Shown here: positions 18,497 to 29,171 of the stretch, piece after piece
Position numbering within the stretch: the first letter of the stretch is position 1
Layout of the letters: each line of letters begins with the position of its first letter
From: an uncultured Muribaculaceae bacterium
Lineage (GTDB): Bacteria > Bacteroidota > Bacteroidia > Bacteroidales > Muribaculaceae
Reading direction: 5' to 3'
Assembly (NCBI GenBank): GCA_910584185.1
Contig: CAJTYC010000002.1
Location: 1 to 60,442 of the forward strand
DNA: 60,442 nt
Notes under the pieces: generated by a model
What the model saw: only the letters and a program-made list of their open reading frames with translations
Told to the model about the DNA's origin: nothing
Databases searched by the model: none
Program-made: the position numbers and the translations under genes

Positions 18497-18528
18497 TTTG
18501 CGTATGTGAAAAAAAAGTAGTAATTTTG
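18497..18528 (+). promoter_or_regulatory. Bacteroidetes promoter for the pur operon
   Basis: TTTG 18497-18500, 20-nt spacer, TAATTTTG 18521-18528. Confidence 0.65.
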
Positions 18529-18582
18529 CATATGGAAATAAAGTTAAAGCATAGACATAGCATTAACCCATAGATAAATAAC

Positions 18583-18639
18583 CACAGGTGGGCGTCCGGT
18601 CGTAATGCGACTTGGGCGCCTGCGTGCTTTAATATATTT
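18583..18639 (+). promoter_or_regulatory. GC-rich hairpin with U-rich tail in the purE leader
   Basis: cac..gtgggcgtcc-ggtcgt-aat-gcgact-tgggcgcctgc-gtg followed by ctttaatatattt. Confidence 0.5.
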
Positions 18640-18672
18640 GACGTCAATAATTTAAACAGCTGTTTTACAGGT

Positions 18673-19146
18673 ATGAGTATGAAAGTAGGAGTAGTGATGG
18701 GGTCGACCAGCGACCTTGGAGTTATGAAGGGTGCGTTTGAAATTCTCGACCAGTTTGGGGTGGAGTATGAGAAGAAGGTGTTCAGCGCACACCGCACACC
18801 GACTGCCCTCGAGGAGTGGATTGACGGTGCGCGTGAACGTGGCATAGTGGCCTTCGTGGCAGCTGCCGGCGGCGCTGCGCATTTGGCCGGTGTGGTGGCG
18901 GCTCACACCACATTGCCCGTAATTGGTGTGCCTATCATGTCGAAGGCGCTCCGTGGTCTTGATTCTCTTCTCGCCATGGCGCAGATGCCCTCCGGCATAC
19001 CGGTGGCTACCGTGGCTATCGACGGTGCGAAAAATGCCGCCCTTCTCGCCATCGAGATCATGGGCGTGACCGATGAGTCCCTCCACCAGAAGCTCCGCGA
19101 CTTCCGCGCAGAACAGGCTCGCAAGATTCTTGAGACAGAAATCTGA
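18673..19146 (+). CDS. purE: N5-carboxyaminoimidazole ribonucleotide mutase
   Basis: VVMGSTSD, SAHRTP, AGGAAHLAG, PVIGVP, QMPSGIPVATV. Confidence 0.96.
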   Translation: MSMKVGVVMGSTSDLGVMKGAFEILDQFGVEYEKKVFSAHRTPTALEEWIDGARERGIVAFVAAAGGAAHLAGVVAAHTTLPVIGVPIMSKALRGLDSLLAMAQMPSGIPVATVAIDGAKNAALLAIEIMGVTDESLHQKLRDFRAEQARKILETEI

Positions 19147-19235
19147 TGCTTGAGCCACCGGAAACCATATAGTGGTATTAATTTGGTGGTGCGTAAATAT
19201 CTACTTGACAATAAAGTTCTTACATTAATACAATA

Positions 19236-22200
19236 ATGAATACCAATCGAATCTATGTGGAGAAACGCCCCGAGTTTGGAGTCGAGGCGGAAAGTCTCCG
19301 CAAAGAGCTGAACTCGGCACTCGGTCTCAACATCGGCAAGCTACGTATGCTTTGCGTGTACGACCTCTTCGGCTTCGATGCCGACCTGCTTGAGAAGACA
19401 CGTTATGGAGTGTTTGGAGAGAAGGCCACCGACACCGTTACGGAGACCCCGGACCTCGGAGCATTCCCCCACATCGCGGTGGAAGCTCTCCCGGGCCAGT
19501 TCGACCAGCGTGCCTCAGCTGCACGCGAGTGTGTGCGCCTCGTCAATCCTGACGCAGACGTGGAGATAACTGCAGCGCGTCTTTACGTGTTTGACGACAC
19601 TGTCAAAGAAGCTGACATGGAGCGCATAGCGCGTTATCTCATTAACCCGGTGGAATGCCGACAGAAAGATATGTCGGTGCTCGCATTGCCCGAACGCGCA
19701 CATGCCAACCCGGTGGAGACTCTCGCAGGCTTCCGCGACATCACAGCTGAGCAAGCTACGGCCTATTGCAAGGAAAAAGGTCTGGCCATGAACGGTGACG
19801 ACCTGATGGAAGTGGTGAATTATTTCACCGCCGAAGGCCGTGACCCCAACGAGACAGAACTCCGCATACTCGATACATATTGGAGCGACCATTGCCGCCA
19901 CACTACTTTCACATCACGTCTTACGGATATTCAGGTGGAAGACTCGGCAGTGGCAGCCGACATAAAGGATTCGCTCGCCCTTTGGCACAAGATGCGTGAA
20001 GACTTAGGCCGCAGCGAGAAGCCTCTCTGCCTGATGGACCTCGCCACAATCGGAGCACGCTGGCTTAAGGCCAACGGCAAGCTCGACGACATGGAGCAGA
20101 GCGAGGAGAACAATGCCTGCAGCATCTACGTGGACGTGGATGTGGATGGCGAGCCCGAACGCTGGCTTTTGCAGTTCAAGAACGAGACACACAACCACCC
20201 CACGGAGATAGAGCCCTTCGGAGGGGCTTCTACATGTCTCGGCGGTGCAATCCGTGACCCGTTGAGCGGTCGCAGTTACGTATACCAGGCCATGCGAGTC
20301 ACAGGTGCCGGCAACATCTGGCAGCCCGTGTCGGAGACCATGGCCGGCAAGTTGCCGCAGCGCGTCATATCGCGCGGAGCCGCAGCGGGATATTCATCTT
20401 ATGGCAACCAGATAGGTCTTGCCACAACGCATGTGCGCGAGATATATCACCCCGGATATGTGGCCAAGCGCCTTGAGGTGGGTGCGGTGTGCGGTGCCGT
20501 GAAGGCAGCCGATGTGCGCCGCGAGTGTCCTCAGGCCGGCGATGTGGTGCTGATGTTCGGTGGCCGCACCGGCCGCGATGGCATCGGCGGAGCAACCGGT
20601 TCGTCAAAGGAACACACCGAGTCGTCGCTCGAGATGTGCGGCAGCGAGGTGCAGAAGGGTAACGCCCCCGAGGAGCGCAAGCTCTCGCGCCTGTTCCGCC
20701 GCCCCGAGGTGACTCGACTTGTAAAGAAATCAAACGACTTCGGTGCCGGTGGTGTCAGTGTGGCAATCGGTGAGCTCACCGATGGTCTCGACATTTACCT
20801 CGACCGTGTCACTACAAAATATGATGGTCTCAACGCCACTGAGTTGGCAATATCTGAGAGCCAAGAACGCATGTCGGTGGTTGTGGAAGCCAAAGACATG
20901 GAGGAATTCATGAAGCATTGCGCCGAGGAGAACATCGAGGTGCGCCACGTGGCCGATGTCACTGACTCAGGCCGTATGCGCCTCTACCGCGACGGCAAGA
21001 TTGTGGCTGACCTCAAGCGTGAGTTTATCGACTCAGCCGGTGCGCCTCACTTCGCCAATGCAGTCATCTCGGCCGTGGAAGACCGCAACCCGTTTGTGCG
21101 TGAAGTGGAGGGTGCAGATTTCGACGAGAAATTCGTCAACAACCTGCTCGATCCCAACGTTACTTCGCAGCGCGGCTTGATAGAGATGTTCGACTCAACA
21201 ATCGGTGCCACCACTGTGCTTATGCCCTTCGGCGGACGCACCAACGGCACTGAGACTCAGGTGAGCGTACAGAAATTCCCCGTAGGTCCGCATTTCACCA
21301 ATACAGCAAGTATGATGGTATGGGGCTTCAACCCCTACATCACAGAGTGGAGCCCTTATCACGGAGCTGCTTATGCAGTGGTGGAAGCTGTGGCAAAGGC
21401 TGTTGCCGCCGGTGCAGATTACAGCGGCATGCGCTTCTCCTATCAGGAATATTTCGAGCGCATGCACAACGCCAACTCGTGGGGTAAGCCCTTGGCTGCA
21501 TTGCTCGGTGCATTGCGTATGCAGAAAGAGCTTGGCCTCCCCTCGATTGGTGGTAAGGACTCGATGAGCGGTACATTCGGCGATATAAGCGTGCCCCCGA
21601 CATTGATTGCGTTCGGCGTGGCTACGGTAGATGCCCGCGAAGTGATAAGCCCGGACTTCAAGAAAGCCGGACACGGACTTTACTTGGTAAAACATAAACC
21701 CCTTGCATCAGGCATGCCCGACACAGAGGCTCTTGCCAAGCAGTGGGAGGCAGTGCATCGCGAAATCAAAGCCGGCAACATCCGGGCAGCATATGCTTTA
21801 GGGTTCGGCGGTTTGGCCGAAGCATTGGTCAAGATGTCGCTCGGCAACGAGATAGGAGTGGACGTGTCATACGATAAGAACCGTATGTTCGACACTATGC
21901 CCGGTTCGATTATAGTGGAGGCTGCAGAGCCTATCGACGTGCCGGGAGTGGAATTTATCGGCTATACCATAGAAGAGCCGGTGGTAATGGTGGAGCACCA
22001 CAAGTTCCCCATCTCAGAGCTTGCTGCCAAGGTGAGCGAGCGTCACTCAGAGGTATTCCCCGACAAGGCCGACACCGAAGGTCAGGTGGCTGACGCAAGC
22101 TGCGACCGCAAGCCCGCGCCCTACGAGGGGGAGGCAGTGGAGCATCCGGTGGTTTATCTCCCCGTGTTCCCCGGCACCAACTGCGATTACGATATGCAGG

Positions 22201-22946
22201 CAGCCTTTGTAAACGAAGGTGCGGAGGTGCGCACGAGCGTGTTCCGCAACCTGTCGGCCGGCGACATAGCAGACTCATGCCGCGAAATGGCTGAGCATAT
22301 CGATAACTGCCACATCCTGGCGATCAGCGGTGGCTTCTCTGCCGCCGACGAACCTGACGGCTCAGGTAAGTTTATCGCCACGGTGCTTCTGAATGCAGAG
22401 GTGAAAGCTGCAGTGGAGCGCCTTATGGCACGCGGAGGCTTGATACTCGGTATCTGCAACGGATTCCAGGCACTTGTCAAGTCGGGCCTGCTTCCGTTTG
22501 GCAAGATCGGTGAACTCACACCCGACTCACCGACGCTCTTCCGCAATGACATAAACCGTCACATCTCGCAGATAGCGGTGACACGAGTAGGCACAGTGGC
22601 TTCTCCCTGGCTCGACGGCTTCACGGTGGGTCAGTTCCACTCAGTGGCCATGTCGCACGGTGAGGGTAAGTTCACCGCCGACGAGAAGATGCTGAAGACC
22701 CTCATCGACAATGGTCAGATAGCATTCCAGTATACCGATCCGGCCACAGGCCATGCCACCATGCAATCGCCGATGAACCCCAACGGCTCGACATATGCCA
22801 TAGAGGGCATAATCTCGCCCGACGGACGCATCCTCGGCAAGATGGGTCACTCGGAGCGTTATCGCGAGGGATTGATGAAGAACGTCAGCGGCGACAAGCG
22901 TCAGAACCTGTTTGGCAACGCTGTGAGATATTTCCGTAAAAAATAA
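19236..22946 (+). CDS. purL: Phosphoribosylformylglycinamidine synthase, single-chain form
   Basis: DTYWSDHCRH, KNETHNHPTEIEPFGGA, glutaminase FPGTNCD, GICNGFQ, GKMGHSER. Confidence 0.96.
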   Translation: MNTNRIYVEKRPEFGVEAESLRKELNSALGLNIGKLRMLCVYDLFGFDADLLEKTRYGVFGEKATDTVTETPDLGAFPHIAVEALPGQFDQRASAARECVRLVNPDADVEITAARLYVFDDTVKEADMERIARYLINPVECRQKDMSVLALPERAHANPVETLAGFRDITAEQATAYCKEKGLAMNGDDLMEVVNYFTAEGRDPNETELRILDTYWSDHCRHTTFTSRLTDIQVEDSAVAADIKDSLALWHKMREDLGRSEKPLCLMDLATIGARWLKANGKLDDMEQSEENNACSIYVDVDVDGEPERWLLQFKNETHNHPTEIEPFGGASTCLGGAIRDPLSGRSYVYQAMRVTGAGNIWQPVSETMAGKLPQRVISRGAAAGYSSYGNQIGLATTHVREIYHPGYVAKRLEVGAVCGAVKAADVRRECPQAGDVVLMFGGRTGRDGIGGATGSSKEHTESSLEMCGSEVQKGNAPEERKLSRLFRRPEVTRLVKKSNDFGAGGVSVAIGELTDGLDIYLDRVTTKYDGLNATELAISESQERMSVVVEAKDMEEFMKHCAEENIEVRHVADVTDSGRMRLYRDGKIVADLKREFIDSAGAPHFANAVISAVEDRNPFVREVEGADFDEKFVNNLLDPNVTSQRGLIEMFDSTIGATTVLMPFGGRTNGTETQVSVQKFPVGPHFTNTASMMVWGFNPYITEWSPYHGAAYAVVEAVAKAVAAGADYSGMRFSYQEYFERMHNANSWGKPLAALLGALRMQKELGLPSIGGKDSMSGTFGDISVPPTLIAFGVATVDAREVISPDFKKAGHGLYLVKHKPLASGMPDTEALAKQWEAVHREIKAGNIRAAYALGFGGLAEALVKMSLGNEIGVDVSYDKNRMFDTMPGSIIVEAAEPIDVPGVEFIGYTIEEPVVMVEHHKFPISELAAKVSERHSEVFPDKADTEGQVADASCDRKPAPYEGEAVEHPVVYLPVFPGTNCDYDMQAAFVNEGAEVRTSVFRNLSAGDIADSCREMAEHIDNCHILAISGGFSAADEPDGSGKFIATVLLNAEVKAAVERLMARGGLILGICNGFQALVKSGLLPFGKIGELTPDSPTLFRNDINRHISQIAVTRVGTVASPWLDGFTVGQFHSVAMSHGEGKFTADEKMLKTLIDNGQIAFQYTDPATGHATMQSPMNPNGSTYAIEGIISPDGRILGKMGHSERYREGLMKNVSGDKRQNLFGNAVRYFRKK

Positions 22947-22961
22947 AATACATTATATATA

Positions 22962-23987
22962 ATGGCAAAGAGTTATGAGGCTTCAGGTGTGAACCTTGAA
23001 GCCGGATATGAGGTGGTGAGCCGCATCAAGAAGCATGTGGCAAGCACCAAGCGCAATGGCTGCATGGGAGGCATAGGTGCCTTCGGCGGCATGTTTGACC
23101 TCGGGTCGTTAGGTTACAAGCATCCGATCTTGGTGAGCGGCACCGACGGTGTCGGCACCAAGCTGAAGATTGCATTCGAACTTGACAAGCACGACACCAT
23201 CGGCATAGATGCCGTGGCTATGTGCGTCAACGACGTGCTGGCACAGGGTGCCGAGCCGCTCCTCTTCCTCGACTATGTGGCCGTGGGTCACAACCGTCCG
23301 GAAGTGGTGGAGGCCATCGTGTCGGGAGTGGCAGAAGGTTGCCGCCAGGCCGGATGTGCCTTGGTGGGCGGTGAGACTGCGGAGATGCCCGGCATGTATG
23401 CCCCCGAAGATTACGATATAGCCGGCTTTACAGTCGGTGCGGTGGAGAAAGACAACCTTATCGACGGCACCAAAGTGGCAGAGGGAGATGTGCTCGTGGC
23501 GCTTCCCTCTACCGGCGTGCACAGCAACGGCTTCTCGCTCGTGCGTAAGATCGTGGCAGATGCAGGACTCGACCTCCATGCCAAATATGAGGAAACCGGC
23601 GACAAGACTCTTGGTGAAATGCTGCTTACTCCCACTGCCATCTATGTGAAACCGGTGCTTGCAGCCATGAAAGAGGTGGATGTGCACGGTGTGGCGCATA
23701 TCACCGGTGGCGGCTTCGATGAGAATATACCCCGTATACTCAGCGAGGGTCTCGGTGTAGAGGTGAAGGAGGGTAGCTGGGAGATTCTCCCCGTGTTCCG
23801 CCTGCTCGAGAAGTATGGCAAGGTGCCTCACCGAGAGATGTTCAATATCTTCAACATGGGTGTGGGCATGGTGCTCGCAGTCAGTGCCGCTGATGCCGAC
23901 AAGGCAGTCGAGAGCCTCAAGGCTTCGGGTGTCGATGCCAAAGTAATCGGCAAGGTGGTGAAAGGTAACGGAGTTACAATCTTATAA
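22962..23987 (+). CDS. purM: Phosphoribosylformylglycinamidine cyclo-ligase
   Basis: [40 protein letters not shown]. Confidence 0.97.
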   Translation: MAKSYEASGVNLEAGYEVVSRIKKHVASTKRNGCMGGIGAFGGMFDLGSLGYKHPILVSGTDGVGTKLKIAFELDKHDTIGIDAVAMCVNDVLAQGAEPLLFLDYVAVGHNRPEVVEAIVSGVAEGCRQAGCALVGGETAEMPGMYAPEDYDIAGFTVGAVEKDNLIDGTKVAEGDVLVALPSTGVHSNGFSLVRKIVADAGLDLHAKYEETGDKTLGEMLLTPTAIYVKPVLAAMKEVDVHGVAHITGGGFDENIPRILSEGLGVEVKEGSWEILPVFRLLEKYGKVPHREMFNIFNMGVGMVLAVSAADADKAVESLKASGVDAKVIGKVVKGNGVTIL

Positions 23988-23997
23988 AACAGGAAAA

Positions 23998-25527
23998 ATG
24001 AAAGCTTTAATAAGCGTAAGTGATAAGAGAGGAGTGCTCGACTTTGCGAAGGCACTCAAGGAAATGGGATGGGATATCATCGCCACCGGTGGCACCATGA
24101 AGATGCTCGAAGAGGGTGGTGTGCCGGTAATCGGCATTAGCGACATCACCGGTTTTCCGGAGATTTGCGGAGGCCGCGTCAAGACACTTCACCCCAAGGT
24201 GCATGGTGCGCTTCTCGGCCGTCGCGACAACGAAGGCGACATGGCTCAGCTCGCCGAGAATGGCATTGGCCTTATCGACCTCGTCTGCGTGAATCTCTAT
24301 CCGTTTGAGGCAACTATCGCCAAGCCCGATGTGACCTTGGCCGATGCCATCGAGAATATCGACATAGGTGGCCCCTCAATGCTCCGCTCCGCAGCCAAGA
24401 ACTGCAAGAGCGTGACAGTGGTGTGCGAACCTGATGATTATGCCACAGTGCTCGATGAGATTCGTGCCAACGGCAACACTACCGAGGCCACACGCCTCAA
24501 GCTCTCGGCCAAGGCTTATACTCACACCGCGCTCTACGATAGCCATATCGCCGAATATATGCGCAAGCAGGCCGGTCTGCCCGAGAAGCTCTTCATTGCC
24601 ATGGATGAGGTGCAGAGCCTTCGTTACGGTGAGAATCCTCATCAGGAAGCCAAGTTCTACCGCACCGCTCGCGAATATTCATACAGTGTGGCGACTGCCC
24701 GTCAGATTCAGGGCAAGGAGCTTAGCTACAACAATATCCAGGATGCCAACGCCGCGCTCGAGATTGTCAGCGAGTTCACCGAGCCGTTCTGTGTGGGTCT
24801 GAAGCATATGAACCCTTGCGGCGCAGCCGTGGGTGCAGATGTGCTTGATGCGTGGACACGTGCCTATGAGGCCGACAAGGTGAGCATCTATGGCGGTATC
24901 GTGGCTTTCAACCGCGAGGTTAATGCCGAGACTGCACTCGCCATGAAGCCCCTCTTCCTCGAGATTGTGATGGCTCCCTCTTATACCGACGAGGCCCTCG
25001 AGATATTCTCCAAGAAGAAGAATCTTCGCGTGCTTGTGGTCAAGATGGAAGATAAGGGTGAGAAGCGCCCGAAATATGTAGGTGTGACAGGAGGTATGCT
25101 CGTTCAGGATGCCGACACCACTACAGTCGATGTGAAAGATGAGATGACAGTCACTGAGCGTCATGCAGATGCACGCGAGCTTGCTGACATGGACTTCGGT
25201 TGGAAGATTGTGAAGCACGTTAAGTCTAACGCCATCGTGGTAGTGAAAGATGGTGCCACTCTTGGTGTGGGAGCCGGCCAGATGAACCGTGTCGGTTCGG
25301 CGGAGATAGCCCTCGAGGAGGCAAAGGCAGCAGGTGCCACCGAAGGCCTTGTGCTTGCCAGCGACGGCTTCCTGCCCTTTGGCGACACCGTGGAGCTCGC
25401 ATCAAAATATGGTGTTACGGCAATCGTGCAGCCGGGCGGAAGCATCCGCGACCAGGAGTCGATCGACAAGGCCAACGAGATAGGCATTGCCATGCTCTTC
25501 ACCGGCATGCGTCACTTCAAGCATTGA
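23998..25527 (+). CDS. purH: Bifunctional AICAR transformylase / IMP cyclohydrolase
   Basis: ALISVSDK, GRVKTLHP, ENIDIGGP, LRYGENPHQ, KHMNPCG, QPGGSIRD, RHFKH. Confidence 0.97.
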   Translation: MKALISVSDKRGVLDFAKALKEMGWDIIATGGTMKMLEEGGVPVIGISDITGFPEICGGRVKTLHPKVHGALLGRRDNEGDMAQLAENGIGLIDLVCVNLYPFEATIAKPDVTLADAIENIDIGGPSMLRSAAKNCKSVTVVCEPDDYATVLDEIRANGNTTEATRLKLSAKAYTHTALYDSHIAEYMRKQAGLPEKLFIAMDEVQSLRYGENPHQEAKFYRTAREYSYSVATARQIQGKELSYNNIQDANAALEIVSEFTEPFCVGLKHMNPCGAAVGADVLDAWTRAYEADKVSIYGGIVAFNREVNAETALAMKPLFLEIVMAPSYTDEALEIFSKKKNLRVLVVKMEDKGEKRPKYVGVTGGMLVQDADTTTVDVKDEMTVTERHADARELADMDFGWKIVKHVKSNAIVVVKDGATLGVGAGQMNRVGSAEIALEEAKAAGATEGLVLASDGFLPFGDTVELASKYGVTAIVQPGGSIRDQESIDKANEIGIAMLFTGMRHFKH

Positions 25528-25552
25528 TAACCTTACCTGTTACCAAGATTTT

Positions 25553-26797
25553 ATGAAGAAAGTATTAGTGATAGGAGGCGGCGGACGTTGCCACGCCATA
25601 GTGGATGCCCTGGCACGCTCGCCCAAGGTAGATAAGATATATTGTGCTCCCGGCAATGCGGGCATAGAGGCGCAGGCTGAATGCGTGCCCCTGCCCGTAT
25701 CAGATGTTGAGGGTCTCAAGGAGTTCGCGCTGGCCAATGGCGTTGACCTCACGGTGGTGGGACCCGAAGCATCTTTGGCCGTGGGTATAGTCGACGAGTT
25801 CCGCAAGGCGGGTCTGAAGATTTTCGGACCCACCAAGTCGGCTGCCCGCATAGAGAGCTCCAAGGAGTTTGCCAAAGACCTGATGGCGCGTCACGATGTG
25901 CCGACAGCGGCCTACAAGACCTTCGACAACTTCGACGAGGCCCTTGCCTACGTTAAGGCTGCCCCTATACCTGTAGTGATAAAATATGACGGACTCGCCG
26001 CCGGTAAGGGTGTAGTGGTGGCCCTCACTCTTAAAGAGGCTGAGGATGCACTGCGCGACATGTTGCTCGACGAGGCCTTCGGCAAGGGTAGGGTGGTGAT
26101 CGAGGAATTTCTCGATGGCCCGGAGTTCTCATTCATGTGCATCGTGAACGGGCGTAAGCTCTATCCGCTCGACATAGCGCGCGACCACAAGCGTGCTTAC
26201 GACAAAGATGCCGGACCCAACACCGGCGGTATGGGAGCATATTCACCCGTGCCCTTCGTGACTCCGGAGATTCGTGAGACTGCGCTTCGCACCGTGCTCC
26301 AGCCCGTGGCCGATGCAATGGTGGAGGAGGGCAACCCCTTCACCGGTGTGCTATACGGAGGCCTGATTCTGCACAAGGGCACTCCAAAGGTGATTGAGTT
26401 CAATGCACGTTTCGGCGACCCTGAGACAGAGGTGGTGCTGCCGCGACTCAAGAGTGATTTCTACGAACTCATCGATGCTGCAGTGGATGGCCGTGACTTC
26501 GAGACTGAATGGTCAGAAAACTCAATACTCGGTGTGGTGATGGCCTCCAAGGGTTATCCCGGCAAGTATGAGAAGGGTTTCACCATAAAGGGTCTTGACA
26601 AGATAGATGGCAAGGTGTATCATATGGGTACTGCCATGCGCGAAGGCAAAGTGCTGACTGTGGGTGGCCGTGTGCTTATGGTGCTTGGTGAAGGAGAAAA
26701 TCTCGCCGAAGCTCGCAAGAATGCTTATGCAGCAGTCAATAAGGTGGAATGCGACAATCTCTTCAACCGCTCCGATATAGGTGCGAAAGAGGCTTGA
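25553..26797 (+). CDS. purD: Phosphoribosylamine-glycine ligase
   Basis: VIGGGGR, APGNAG, DGLAAGKGV, GPNTGGMG, EFNARFGDPE; start taken at MKKVLVI. Confidence 0.96.
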   Translation: MKKVLVIGGGGRCHAIVDALARSPKVDKIYCAPGNAGIEAQAECVPLPVSDVEGLKEFALANGVDLTVVGPEASLAVGIVDEFRKAGLKIFGPTKSAARIESSKEFAKDLMARHDVPTAAYKTFDNFDEALAYVKAAPIPVVIKYDGLAAGKGVVVALTLKEAEDALRDMLLDEAFGKGRVVIEEFLDGPEFSFMCIVNGRKLYPLDIARDHKRAYDKDAGPNTGGMGAYSPVPFVTPEIRETALRTVLQPVADAMVEEGNPFTGVLYGGLILHKGTPKVIEFNARFGDPETEVVLPRLKSDFYELIDAAVDGRDFETEWSENSILGVVMASKGYPGKYEKGFTIKGLDKIDGKVYHMGTAMREGKVLTVGGRVLMVLGEGENLAEARKNAYAAVNKVECDNLFNRSDIGAKEA

Positions 26798-26838
26798 TGA
26801 CGCATTGCAGCAGTCGTAACAACCGAAAAATTTTCACT

Positions 26839-27696
26839 ATGATAATAAGCGGAAAAGATTTAGCGAAAAAAATCAAGGCAGAAATCGCCGAGAAAGTGCC
26901 GACGCTTGTGGAGAAATATGGCCGTGCGCCCCACTTGGCAGTGATATTGGTGGGTGAGGATCCCGCCAGCCAGTCGTATGTGAAGTCTAAAGGCAAGGAT
27001 GCTGAGCAGGTGGGCTACAAGAGCACCACAATCCGTATGCCGGAGTCGACAACCGAGGAAGAACTCCTCGCCAAGATTGCGGAGCTGAATGCCGATGACA
27101 CCGTGGATGGTGTGCTTGTGCAGCTGCCTGTGCCCAAGCATATCGACGAGGACCGTGTGATAGAGGCTATCGCCAACGACAAGGATGTGGATGGTTTCCA
27201 CCCTGCCAATGTGGCTTCGCTCTGGCAGAAGCGTCCGTGTGTATATCCCTGCACCCCCAAAGGTATAATCCGTATGCTCGACGAGGCAGGTGTGGATATA
27301 GCCGGCAAGGAGGCTGTGGTGATAGGCCGAAGCAACATCGTTGGCCTTCCTATGGCCAAGTTGCTGCTCGACCGCAATGCTACTGTCACAGTGGCGCATA
27401 GCCGCACCAAGAACCTTGCAGAGGTGACACGTCGTGCCGACATTTTGGTGGCGGCCGTCGGTAAGCTCCGCATGGTTACAGCCGACATGGTGGCTCCCGG
27501 TGCGGTGGTGATAGATGTCGGTGTGAACCGCGATCCCGAGACCGGCAAGCTCGCCGGTGACGTGGACTACGATGCAGTCTGCGAGGTGGCTTCAGTAATC
27601 ACCCCGGTGCCCGGAGGAGTAGGCCCGATGACACGCGCCTGCCTCATGGAGAACACCCTCGAGTGCTACCTCAACCACATGGCAAATAAGGGGTAA
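26839..27696 (+). CDS. folD: Methylenetetrahydrofolate dehydrogenase / cyclohydrolase
   Basis: KDVDGFHP, PCTPKG, GRSNIVG, IDVGVN, ITPVPGGVGPMT. Confidence 0.96.
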   Translation: MIISGKDLAKKIKAEIAEKVPTLVEKYGRAPHLAVILVGEDPASQSYVKSKGKDAEQVGYKSTTIRMPESTTEEELLAKIAELNADDTVDGVLVQLPVPKHIDEDRVIEAIANDKDVDGFHPANVASLWQKRPCVYPCTPKGIIRMLDEAGVDIAGKEAVVIGRSNIVGLPMAKLLLDRNATVTVAHSRTKNLAEVTRRADILVAAVGKLRMVTADMVAPGAVVIDVGVNRDPETGKLAGDVDYDAVCEVASVITPVPGGVGPMTRACLMENTLECYLNHMANKG

Positions 27697-27731
27697 AGAC
27701 CCTAAAGTCCTTAAAGACCTTAAAGACTTTA
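27694..27731 (+). repeat. 9-bp microsatellite (GACCTTAAA family), folD-purB spacer
   Basis: taaagaccc taaagtcct taaagacctt taaagacttta. Confidence 0.8.
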
Positions 27732-27777
27732 CCGGCAAAGAAAATTCACCAAAACAACAAAAAACAACTAAAGAACA

Positions 27778-29073
27778 GTGATAGAGAGATATTCAAGGCC
27801 CCGGATGCGAGAAATCTGGACCGAACAGAATAAATTTAACGCCTACCTTAAAGTCGAGATTCTCTCGGCTGAGGCATGGCGTGAACTCGGCGTTGTGCCG
27901 GCTGAAGATATCGACAAGCTTTGGGCCAACGCATCGTTCAATATTGACCGCATAAAGGAGATTGAACTCCAGACGCGTCACGACATCGTGGCTTTCACCC
28001 GCGCCGTGAGCGAGACACTCGGTGAAGAGCGCAAGTGGGTGCACTACGGTCTCACCTCGACCGACGTGGTCGATACAGCCAATGGTTACCTGCTTAAACA
28101 GGCCAACGACATACTTCGCGAAGACCTCGAGAAATTTGTGGAGATGCTCAAGAGCCAGGCCCTTAAATATAAATATGTGCCTTGCATCGGACGTACTCAC
28201 GGCATCCATGCCGACATCACTTCGTTTGGCTTGAAGTGGGTACTCTGGTATGCAGAGATGCAGCGCAACATCAAGCGCTTCGAGGCTGCCGCACGCGGTG
28301 TGGAGGTCGGCAAGATTTCGGGTGCTGTAGGTAACTTCGCAAATATCCCGCCGTTCGTGCAGGACTATGTGTGCGAGAAGCTCGGCATAGACAGTGCAGA
28401 TGTCTCCACTCAGGTGATTCAGCGCGACCGTCACGCTTACTATCTTGCCACTATCGCCGTTATCGGCGCATCTATCGAACAGATGGCCATGGAGGTGCGC
28501 GGACTTCAGCGCACGGAGGTGCATGAGGTGGAGGAAGCTTTTGGCAAAGGCCAGAAAGGCTCGAGCGCAATGCCTCACAAGCGTAACCCCATCGGCTCGG
28601 AGAATATGTGCGGTTGCGCACGCGTGCTCCGCGGCTATATGGCTACCGCATACGAGAATGTGGCTCTTTGGCACGAACGCGACATATCGCACTCAGCCAC
28701 AGAGCGTATCATACTGCCCGATGCCACCATGCTGCTCGACTATATGCTCAACCGCATGATGAACATCCTCGGCAACCTCACAGTGTTCCAGGACAAGATG
28801 ATGCAGGATATCTACCTCACCAACGGCGTTATCTTCGCGCAGCGTGTCATGAATGCATTGATTGGTAAAGGTTTCGCACGCGAGAAGGCTTACGACACGG
28901 TGCAGCCTGTGGCAATGGCGGCTATGGCCAACAACCTCCCCTATAAAGACCTCTTGAAAGAGAACGAAGTAATCAAGGAGACCCTGACAGAGGAGGAACT
29001 CGAAGCCTGCTTCACGCTCGACTACTACCTGAAAAACGTGGATTATATCTACGATAGAAATGGTATAAAATAA
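27778..29073 (+). CDS. purB: Adenylosuccinate lyase (GTG start)
   Basis: [41 protein letters not shown]. Confidence 0.96.
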   Translation: MIERYSRPRMREIWTEQNKFNAYLKVEILSAEAWRELGVVPAEDIDKLWANASFNIDRIKEIELQTRHDIVAFTRAVSETLGEERKWVHYGLTSTDVVDTANGYLLKQANDILREDLEKFVEMLKSQALKYKYVPCIGRTHGIHADITSFGLKWVLWYAEMQRNIKRFEAAARGVEVGKISGAVGNFANIPPFVQDYVCEKLGIDSADVSTQVIQRDRHAYYLATIAVIGASIEQMAMEVRGLQRTEVHEVEEAFGKGQKGSSAMPHKRNPIGSENMCGCARVLRGYMATAYENVALWHERDISHSATERIILPDATMLLDYMLNRMMNILGNLTVFQDKMMQDIYLTNGVIFAQRVMNALIGKGFAREKAYDTVQPVAMAAMANNLPYKDLLKENEVIKETLTEEELEACFTLDYYLKNVDYIYDRNGIK

Positions 29074-29083
29074 GTTGGGAAGC

Positions 29084-29125
29084 CTTTAAGGTCATTAAGG
29101 TCATTAAAGTCATTAAAGTCCTTAA
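29084..29125 (+). repeat. 9-bp microsatellite (TTAARGTCM), purB-purA spacer
   Basis: ctttaaggtc attaaggtc attaaagtc attaaagtc cttaa, enclosed by agttggga / ttccaact. Confidence 0.75.
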
Positions 29126-29171
29126 TGATTCTTTCCAACTAAAAAACTTAAAAAACTAAAAAAACTTAAAT

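Noticed and set aside
18532..18645. Known purine, ZTP or PRPP riboswitch before purE
   Set aside because: Conserved cores are not recognisable; kept only as an unknown leader
25487..26838. ORF-track starts for purD (25487) and folD (26749)
   Set aside because: They overlap upstream genes; family homology begins at 25553 and 26839
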